Source of the DNA: Rubripirellula sp.
Lineage (GTDB): Bacteria > Planctomycetota > Planctomycetia > Pirellulales > Pirellulaceae
Direction of reading: 5' to 3'
Assembly (NCBI GenBank): GCA_965216875.1
Contig: OZ244207.1
Location: 416,001 to 480,000, forward strand
DNA: 64,000 nucleotides
In this document: in pieces, positions 57,801 through 64,000 of the stretch
How the letters are laid out: the number at the start of each line of letters is the position of its first letter
Numbering within the stretch: position 1 is the first letter of the stretch
Program-made: the position numbers and the translations under genes
Notes under the pieces: generated by a model
Told to the model about the DNA's origin: nothing
Database searches by the model: none
Seen by the model: the letters and a program-made list of their open reading frames with translations, nothing else

Positions 57801-59933
57801 CGAGCGGGGCACGATCGCGGACGCATCTATCGCATCTACCCGAAAGACGAAAGACCAGGGCCGTTGCAGGAGTTGTCGGTGCGCGACGCGGGCGATTTGA
57901 TCAGGCATTTGGGGTCAACCAACGGCACGCTTCGCGATCTTGCACAGCAATTGCTGATCCAACGCGGCAACAACGACGTCACCCGACAATTGCGGCACCT
58001 CATCATCACGGACCAAACGCCTCTGACTCGATTGCACGCGCTCTGCGTCCTCGATGGTCTTGGTGAGATCGATGTTTCCATTTTGAAGCGGGCCTTATCG
58101 GACGTCGATCCAACTGTCCAGCGACATGCGATTCGACTGAGCGAGTCGTTCTTGAAGAATCAGCACGAGCGGAGCGGCGAGCTGATCGAAGTGATGAGCC
58201 GTTGTCACCAGAACCCGCACGTCCAATTGCAACTCGCTTCGTCGCTCGGTTTCGCTCGCACTGAGGATGCGGTCGCGTTGCTTGCCGAGGTTGCCAATCG
58301 CAATGACTCACTCGAGATTCGGGCGGCCGTGATCAGTTCGCTCGGGCCGCACAATTACCAAGCGTTCTATCAATCATCGACGACTGCCCAAACGGATGCT
58401 GGCTTTCGCGATGCAATCATGGCAATCGCAAAGCAACAAGACGACTTCGTTTTGATGAGCCGATTGATCGACGATGTCATCACGCGCGTGCTGCGCCGAA
58501 AACAGACTCGCAATTTTGAAATCGTGACGGAAGTCCTCGAAGCCGTCGGAGATGATCGCGACAAGATTGAAACATCGACTCAGGTTTCAGTGGACGAAGC
58601 GCGTGAACTGGCCGAGCAAGTCCTGGCCGGAGCAGACGCCGCCGCCCCGTTGCGGGCCGCGGCCGTCGGTTTGCTTGCCACCGATCCCGGCTCGAACGCG
58701 TTGCTTGAAGCGTACCTTGCGCCGTCAGAGTCCGTGGAGGTTCAAATTGCCGTAGCCCGGGCTTTGAGCCGAGGAAACATTGAGGGCCGCGGAACGCTGC
58801 TGGACCGTTTCTCGCAGCTGAGCCCCAAGGTTCGCGTCGCGGTTGTTGAGCTATGGCTTTCGCGAGCCAATTCGTCGCTCCGTATGCTTGATGCGGTTGC
58901 CGATGGACAGCTTCCGGAATCAACCCTCAGCGTGACGGTCCGTCAACGCCTGCTCCATCACCCCAGCAAGGCGGTTCGTGAGGTCGCTCAGTCCCGGTTT
59001 GGTGAAACCGCCGGGCCAACAGACAACAGTCGTACGATTCGGCGTTACCTTTCGAAAGTCAATCCAAGGAAGGCTCAACTCGAAAAAGGCGAAAAGGTCT
59101 TTGCAAAGTCTTGTTCCGCTTGCCATCGATTGCGCGGCCTCGGGCATGCCATCGGCCCCGATTTGTCGGCTCTCAAGAACCGCTCTCCCGATATCTTGCT
59201 CACCGCGATCGTTACCCCTAACGCGGCTGTGGAAGACAAGTATCAAAACTACAACATCCTGCTCGATGATGGTGTCATCCTTTCCGGCGTGATCGCCTCG
59301 GAGTCGACAACCACGCTCGACTTGTCAATGAAAGACGGCAAGCAGATGCAGATTCTCCGGTCTCGAATTGAGCGGATCCAAAACAGCGGTCTTTCGATGA
59401 TGCCGGACGGCCTGCACAAAGAGATTTCTCCTTCGGACATGAATCACCTGCTCGCCTACCTCGACCAAGTCGGTCCGTCGCCGAAAGCGTACGAGGGAAA
59501 TGTGCCAGCGATCGTGACGCCGAGTGATCAAGGGAATGTTGTTCTGCCGGCGACGAAGTGCCGAATCTTTGGCGACGAGATTCGCTTTGAACCGCGTTAC
59601 AAGAACATTGGTTACTGGGTCGGGGACAACGACTACATCGATTGGTCCATCGCCGTCGAAGCGGCCGGCGACTACGAAGTCGTGCTCAGCTATGCATGTG
59701 CGGACCAATCGGCCGGTAATCAATTTCGCTTTACGGTCGGTAGCGATACGCTCCTAGGCAACATCGAAAGCACTGGATCTTGGGAAGTTTACCGTGATGT
59801 TTTGATTGGCAAAGTGAGCCTGCCAAGTGGAACGGTCTGCGCTGCGCTTCGGCCACGCAAAGGTGTCGATCGATTCTTGATGGACTTCCGCTCCATCACC
59901 CTGCGCCCGGTGCCAGCGGCCGCTTCGGAATAA
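54837..59933 (+). CDS. PVC-type heme-binding multidomain protein (deacetylase-like, FG-GAP, beta-propeller dehydrogenase-like, HEAT, cytochrome c, CBM-like)
   Basis: LAIDD / HTIDHP / FHPHGW; DVNNDGHLDV repeats; FEVELVAAEPLVQDPV; HEAT repeats; CSACH...GPDLS...SMMP; GTG 54837 after GGGAG. Confidence 0.82.
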   Translation: MYRIFLIVLAVSLATASKVSLAQVDDGPPLSGGNRLTYLDEYCDPYYPHLGFAKLTTPAWVGDNDVDAVVTLAIDDMRDSAKYEAYLRPILERLKQIDGRAPVSVMSCSVDPEDPLLQTWLDEGLSIEVHTIDHPCPCLQGGDFEQAKATYEDCVDLMASVEGNHPVAFRMPCCDSRNTPSPRFWMEVFNRRTKRQNFLQIDSSVFNVFTGDDLELPKHWLVNQQGEPRFKRYIPFPSFVNTIENYPYPYVIAKRVWQFPCVVPSDWEAQNIQRPNNPQTVDDLKVALDATVKKQGVFNLVFHPHGWIRNDQIVELIDYAFETYGDRVLFLNFNECVQRINSNLLDDQPIRHPDSGDDNGVRLADVNNDGHLDVLIGNDSQQRLKIWQPSQSAWLETPLPVKLVTVQEGTTVELGVRLGKLDQTSPCSLFVSTEDQQGIHHFRGGRFTTEPLPVGLSGLQTCVAGIDQGVRLRDLDNDGICEVIVANPKVQQILQRSGAGDWNVVSEDIGAPIVDADGQDAGVRFIDLDRDRFVDVVAANGAESTIQLYDSGTQGFTRRIELSDPLPPIVREGANNGVWFAREHMWVQNEDTHRLPDNVDRRTFGQMLGAGDPPPKSAQASLDSIRVPAGFEVELVAAEPLVQDPVAIDFGSDGRLWVAEMADYPLGIDDRGEPGGRIRFLEDKDGDGIFDKSTLFLDQIPFPTGVMQWRDGVIVSAAPEIFFAADRDGDGKAEVREVLYRGFTEGNQQHRVNGFRRGLDNWVYLANGDSDGVIESLKTGQQVDIRGRDLRIRPDTGEMDPQAGRTQFGRHRDDHGNWFGSSNPLPLRHYILSDHYQRRNPLVPSPAAHRDIVRVDNSQVFPVSRVLSHWSGYKPPPAGTPHRFTSACSTVVYRDQLLGREFVGNTFTCEPVHNLVHRRKLIRDGISFRSERPSGEASREFLASSDSWFRPTMATTGTDGALWVVDMYRAVIEHPEWIDDEREKQLFLRAGHDRGRIYRIYPKDERPGPLQELSVRDAGDLIRHLGSTNGTLRDLAQQLLIQRGNNDVTRQLRHLIITDQTPLTRLHALCVLDGLGEIDVSILKRALSDVDPTVQRHAIRLSESFLKNQHERSGELIEVMSRCHQNPHVQLQLASSLGFARTEDAVALLAEVANRNDSLEIRAAVISSLGPHNYQAFYQSSTTAQTDAGFRDAIMAIAKQQDDFVLMSRLIDDVITRVLRRKQTRNFEIVTEVLEAVGDDRDKIETSTQVSVDEARELAEQVLAGADAAAPLRAAAVGLLATDPGSNALLEAYLAPSESVEVQIAVARALSRGNIEGRGTLLDRFSQLSPKVRVAVVELWLSRANSSLRMLDAVADGQLPESTLSVTVRQRLLHHPSKAVREVAQSRFGETAGPTDNSRTIRRYLSKVNPRKAQLEKGEKVFAKSCSACHRLRGLGHAIGPDLSALKNRSPDILLTAIVTPNAAVEDKYQNYNILLDDGVILSGVIASESTTTLDLSMKDGKQMQILRSRIERIQNSGLSMMPDGLHKEISPSDMNHLLAYLDQVGPSPKAYEGNVPAIVTPSDQGNVVLPATKCRIFGDEIRFEPRYKNIGYWVGDNDYIDWSIAVEAAGDYEVVLSYACADQSAGNQFRFTVGSDTLLGNIESTGSWEVYRDVLIGKVSLPSGTVCAALRPRKGVDRFLMDFRSITLRPVPAAASE

Positions 59934-60033
59934 CAGCTGGCCGATTGGGATGCGCATTATTGCCCGGGGAGCAAAAACTTGAACACCCGGAGGCAATTTT
60001 GTCCTGGTATTCATAATTTGACAGTAGTGGTCT

Positions 60034-60065
60034 TGACCATAGGTGTCATAACGTTCAAATAGGAT
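60034..60065 (+). promoter_or_regulatory. Putative operator/promoter copy 1: TGAC-N7-GTCA, 11 nt, TAGGAT
   Basis: Same motif and spacing repeated at 60375-60406. Confidence 0.5.
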
Positions 60066-60072
60066 TGTTGGG

Positions 60073-60227
60073 ACGCAGGCAGGCGTGACCAAATGGGCAT
60101 AGGCTTCTATCGATTGTGAGCCTCGGGATTCCATTAAGGCATGGTGTTCCATTGAGGCATGGGGCTCACAATCGCTGGCACCTATTCTCGTTGGTTGCTT
60201 GCGAACTTGAGACGTCGTTCTTGTCTC
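60073..60227 (+). ncRNA. Putative structured RNA, copy 1 (family not recognised)
   Basis: CGCAGGC 60074-80 pairs GCTTGCG 60197-203; ATAGG/CCTAT; 14-bp inner stem 60111-124/60161-174; downstream GAGACG/TGTCTC hairpin. Confidence 0.55.
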
Positions 60228-60374
60228 GTTCATCAAACACAATGATGTGACATTTGGTGCTGGGAAACCAAGCTCGTTATTCCAAAACACAGCGGGGATT
60301 TGCTCATGTCTAATCTCAAATTGAATCACTGTCTCGGAATTGGCATCTATAAAACTTTTGTGTTTATGCGGTTA

Positions 60375-60406
60375 TGACCTTTGTTGTCATCAGAATTCCA
60401 TAGGAT
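60375..60406 (+). promoter_or_regulatory. Putative operator/promoter copy 2: TGAC-N7-GTCA, 11 nt, TAGGAT
   Basis: Same motif and spacing as 60034-60065. Confidence 0.5.
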
Positions 60407-60413
60407 GTAATTA

Positions 60414-60550
60414 ACGCAGGCAGGCGTTATCAATGGGGCACAGGCTCTTAGGGTTGTGATCGACCCTAAGAGCGTTTTCTCTTCTTTGGGCAACTGTTCT
60501 CGTTGTTAGCCTGCGAGCTCGAGGCATCTTCCTCGCCTCTCTTTTTTCTT
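60414..60550 (+). ncRNA. Putative structured RNA, copy 2, with terminator-like hairpin and U tract
   Basis: CGCAGGC 60415-21 pairs GCCTGCG 60509-15; ACAG/CTGT; 13-bp inner stem 60444-56/60461-73; GAGGC/GCCTC then TCTTTTTTCTT. Confidence 0.55.
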
Positions 60551-60624
60551 CACAGGGAAATCGCCTAATGGCGCATCGCTACTGAGGCGTTTCTCTTACT
60601 TCAATTCTCACTAGGGCACTTATC

Positions 60625-63600
60625 GTGAAAACTTGGAATCGAAACAAGAAACGCAAAACAGACTCCCGCAAACGTCGCAACCGACGCGCGTTGCAATGTC
60701 AATCGCTCGAAAAAAGGGAACTGTTGATTTTTGGTGCTGGGCCAGTTGCTCCTCCTGTCATTACTCATGATCCTGGCGAGTTCTCCGGCGTTGTGCGGCT
60801 CAATGTCGAGCTAACGGGCGGGGGCGTTGGGACCGGTAGCGGTGTTCTTCTCGGTGATGGATTGCATATCCTTACCGCCGCGCACGTGGTCGAAGATGCA
60901 AGCAACGTCAGTGTCACATTCCCAGGTAGCACTGAGGTCGAATTCGACATCGATCTCGCAGATGTCACGTACTCTGCTCACGGGCACAACGCAACCAATC
61001 CCTACCGGGACGGCAACCGAAATGACTACGCTGTTTTTCCTCTGCCCTCAGCAGCTCCAGCGTTGGCGAACCGATACCAGTTTTATACTGATTCGTTAGT
61101 CGGGAATGACATCGATATCGCCGGATATGGTCTGGCGGGTACCGTTACCTCTTCCACTGTGCTGCCCTCAGGTGATTTGCGTTCGACGCAAAACACAATC
61201 GCCTTTGTGAATACCGATGGGACTGAGTTTCAGGTGGATGTTGACCACGCGTCGTATAATCCTCCGGCAAATGCTCCCTTCTCAGGATTCTCCGAAATTG
61301 ATGCGGGGATGCGATTCACGCTTGAACCGTCGGGTTATCGATTCTCTGATTCGCTTCCGGGCCTTGGCGCTTCCGAAGGCGCGTCTGGAGCAGGGGACTC
61401 CGGCGGGCCAGCATTGGTCAACGGGGAAATCGCAGGAATCGTGCTGGGGATTGTTCCAGCAGGCAACCCCCATCCCGGGAAAGTCTTAACGTTTTCGACA
61501 GGCGCCGACATGAGAAGCACTGCTCAAGAATTGATGCGTTCGTCGGCGCAACAAACGATTGTGCTCGATATGAACAAGCAAACTGAGGGAAACGACAACA
61601 TCCTTGACGAGATCGTAATCCAGCAATCAACAGTTTTTGGCCCTGACCCACATGGGATGGTAATACTTGTCAACGGGAACGAAGCCTACCGTTCGCCCGC
61701 ATTCGACGGTGACATGCCAAAGATCCATATCATTGGATCAGGTGACGCGGAACTCGTCCGAGTTGAGCATGATGGCCCGGTGCCTGTGTCTCATGGCCTT
61801 GCATCAAGTCCGTTCGAAATTGACTGGGGCGGTGGCGATAAGCACCTCGATCGTTGGACGAATCCATACAATCGTTACGACGTAAACGCCAATGGAATTG
61901 TCTCGCCCAACGATGCGCTTGCGACCATCAATTTCTTGGCTAGCGCAATTGACGGCTCCTACGTCCCAGCAGATGGCGAGACTCACCATTCCGGCTACAA
62001 CGATGTCAACGAAGACAATATCATCACTCCGCTCGATGCGTTGCACGTGATCAATCAACTTGCCCGCCTCCAAAACGGATCGGGCGGTGAGGGAGAAGAG
62101 GCGGCACAGAGCATTGACTTAGGAGAGGTCGGCTTTCTACGAATCACTAACCAATCGATTGCTGGCCAGGCCTACTATGAACTCGTCGCCGCCAACACCG
62201 GCACTTTGACCGTTAGCTCAATGCAAGATGGTGGAGGGCTGCCGCCGGAGCTTGAGATTTTCGCTGGAGCGATTTCAATCGGTGAAAGCACGAGCTGGAT
62301 CAGCCCAACAGTGACTGTCGATGTTGTCGCAGGAGAACGCTACATCGTGGTTGCCGATGGGTCTGGAATCGCCGATCTCGTCTTCAGCAACCAGATTGCT
62401 CAGGAGAACTTCGCCTTGGGTAACGTGAACCTTGGTGTTGCGGTCGACGACTTTGCAACTGGGACTGGGTTCATCATGTACAGCGAAGAGAGCACGCATA
62501 CACGGTTCTCCAACACGTTTGTCGGCAACTCGGATCACTTGCTTGCTGTGCGTTTTGAAGGCGGCCGCTGGAAGTACAACGCTAACGGAGGGACTTGGTA
62601 CAACTTCACACCCGAATCGACTGATCGACTGATTGCCGCCGTCGACTTTAGCGGCGACAAGATCGAGTCGCTTGCAGGTGTAAGTGGTACCTTCGAAGGG
62701 ATCCAGCAAGGTTTCCAATCGGGTGACCTGACCTTTACCGCGAATCATTGGAATGGCGGCTTCAATGATGGTGAATTCACGATCGGTGGGACATCATTCA
62801 CCGCGGACGCTTCCTCCGTTCATAGCATTGGCGCGATCAATCATGGAATTGCGGTCGTCGATACGTTGACAGGCACGGGTTACGTGATGTTCAGCGAGGA
62901 AAACCTGTTCACGCGATTCGGCGCAAGCGGTCCGTACATCGACAACAGTGACCATCTGATCGGTGTGCGCTACTTCGATGATCAATGGCACTATGACAAC
63001 AACAACAGCAACGAGGGTTGGGTGCCCTTTGGTACGGTTGATTCGGATCGCCTGATTGCCAGTCTCGATTTTGGCGCCGACACGATCACCTCGTTGCAGG
63101 GCAGCACCGGCAGTGTCTTTGGGATCAAGCAGGGATTCGATTCCGCGGACATGAGGTTCCACGCCGACTACTTCAACGGCACGACCAATGACGGTGACTT
63201 TACAATCGAGGGAACCTATTTCGTTACGGGAGCCTCATCGAGCCATCGCGATCTCGGCTCGGTGGCCCAGGGCGTTGCGGTAGCCGATGGCGAGACGGGA
63301 ACCGGCTACTTCATGCATAGCCATGAAAGCGTGTTCTCGCGTTTTGCGGCAAGTCCTCCGCATGCTGACAACAGCGAGCATGTGATTGCCGTTCGCAATG
63401 AAAACGGTCAATGGCAATACAACGATGACTCCGTTTGGAACGACTTCGATCCTGTACCAAGTGATCGGCTTCTCGCATCAGCCGACTTCCTTGCCGACAC
63501 CATTGAGTCGTTGCAAGGAACGTCGGGACGCATACACGGAATCGAACAGGGCTATGAATCGGGCGATCTCGAGTTCGAAGCCAATCAATTTGGAAGCTTG

Positions 63601-64000
63601 GGCGACGTCGGCGAATTCAAAATCACCGGCACAACGTTTACCGTCCCAACAACGGCCTCCAAGTCACTTGGCCCGGTCAACAGTGGCGTTGCCATTGATG
63701 ACTTTGCGACGGGGTCGGCGTACATCATGTACACCGCGACGAGTGTGCACACGCGTTTCCCCCTCACTCACAATCACAACAGTGACCACCTCGTCGCCGT
63801 CAGGTTCGAGAACGGTCAATGGAAGTTCAATGCCAATGGAGCGACTTGGTACAGCTTTACGCCTTTGGCAACCGACCGGCTGATTGCTGAGATTGACATG
63901 ACGGCCGACACAATCGAGTCGCTCCAGGGTGCCAGCGGCACTTACGAAGGGATCCAGCAAGGGTTCCGTTCGGGTGACTTGACGTTTGCAGCGAACCAGT
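60625..64000 (+). CDS. Large secreted trypsin-like serine protease with dockerin-like and ~140-aa tandem repeat domains (3' end beyond window)
   Basis: Read by hand from GTG 60625: RRALQCQSLEKRELL signal, LTAAHV, NDYAVF, GDSGGP, DVNANGIVSPNDAL / DVNEDNIITPLDAL, four repeats; absent from the ORF track because no stop is reached. Confidence 0.88.
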   Translation, partial: MKTWNRNKKRKTDSRKRRNRRALQCQSLEKRELLIFGAGPVAPPVITHDPGEFSGVVRLNVELTGGGVGTGSGVLLGDGLHILTAAHVVEDASNVSVTFPGSTEVEFDIDLADVTYSAHGHNATNPYRDGNRNDYAVFPLPSAAPALANRYQFYTDSLVGNDIDIAGYGLAGTVTSSTVLPSGDLRSTQNTIAFVNTDGTEFQVDVDHASYNPPANAPFSGFSEIDAGMRFTLEPSGYRFSDSLPGLGASEGASGAGDSGGPALVNGEIAGIVLGIVPAGNPHPGKVLTFSTGADMRSTAQELMRSSAQQTIVLDMNKQTEGNDNILDEIVIQQSTVFGPDPHGMVILVNGNEAYRSPAFDGDMPKIHIIGSGDAELVRVEHDGPVPVSHGLASSPFEIDWGGGDKHLDRWTNPYNRYDVNANGIVSPNDALATINFLASAIDGSYVPADGETHHSGYNDVNEDNIITPLDALHVINQLARLQNGSGGEGEEAAQSIDLGEVGFLRITNQSIAGQAYYELVAANTGTLTVSSMQDGGGLPPELEIFAGAISIGESTSWISPTVTVDVVAGERYIVVADGSGIADLVFSNQIAQENFALGNVNLGVAVDDFATGTGFIMYSEESTHTRFSNTFVGNSDHLLAVRFEGGRWKYNANGGTWYNFTPESTDRLIAAVDFSGDKIESLAGVSGTFEGIQQGFQSGDLTFTANHWNGGFNDGEFTIGGTSFTADASSVHSIGAINHGIAVVDTLTGTGYVMFSEENLFTRFGASGPYIDNSDHLIGVRYFDDQWHYDNNNSNEGWVPFGTVDSDRLIASLDFGADTITSLQGSTGSVFGIKQGFDSADMRFHADYFNGTTNDGDFTIEGTYFVTGASSSHRDLGSVAQGVAVADGETGTGYFMHSHESVFSRFAASPPHADNSEHVIAVRNENGQWQYNDDSVWNDFDPVPSDRLLASADFLADTIESLQGTSGRIHGIEQGYESGDLEFEANQFGSLGDVGEFKITGTTFTVPTTASKSLGPVNSGVAIDDFATGSAYIMYTATSVHTRFPLTHNHNSDHLVAVRFENGQWKFNANGATWYSFTPLATDRLIAEIDMTADTIESLQGASGTYEGIQQGFRSGDLTFAANQ

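Noticed and set aside
60066..60110. c-di-GMP-I riboswitch (TGGGACGCA resembles its core)
   Set aside because: No upstream GCAAAC/GAAA tetraloop, no GCAAAG, and copy 2 lacks the match
59754..60329. 191-aa minus-strand ORF over the RNA region
   Set aside because: Overlaps the end of a real gene in antisense, AT-rich, no motifs
60306..60377. 23-aa ORF between the RNA copies as a type I toxin
   Set aside because: No clear TM helix and no antisense complementarity to the RNA units seen
60073..60515. Retron msr-msd reading of the closed-stem RNAs
   Set aside because: Terminal inverted repeats and a long hairpin fit loosely, but there is no reverse transcriptase in the window and no separate msr stem-loops

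Overview
Chromosomal window from a GC-rich marine-type planctomycete (Pirellulaceae-like: PVC-type heme/HEAT proteins, RRxLxxExLExRxLL export signal, dockerin-like repeats, sulfatase). It holds housekeeping genes (cysC, rpsO, pnp, nagA, nagB, manC, fabH, lepB-like), a reduced Ter-associated stress cluster (HAD, StiP/Pelota-like, HpcH/CitE-like; divergent Na+/Ca2+ antiporter and two TerB), nrfHA with a CxxCH-type NrfA, a thioester alpha-2-macroglobulin, an 8-heme HEAT/TPR cytochrome, a frameshifted sulfatase, a GH86-like hydrolase, a patatin, and five interspersed REP-like palindrome families. Two things stand out. (1) In the AT-rich gap 59934-60624 are two diverged tandem copies of a promoter-like box plus closed-stem RNA plus terminator-like hairpin, with compensatory base changes; they lie upstream of a large secreted protease-dockerin-repeat gene missing from the ORF track. 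(2) An apparently co-translated operon encodes a membrane sensor Ser/Thr kinase, two dynamin-like GTPases and an ExbB/MotA-type channel with no ExbD partner. All calls are from motif reading only; no searches were run.
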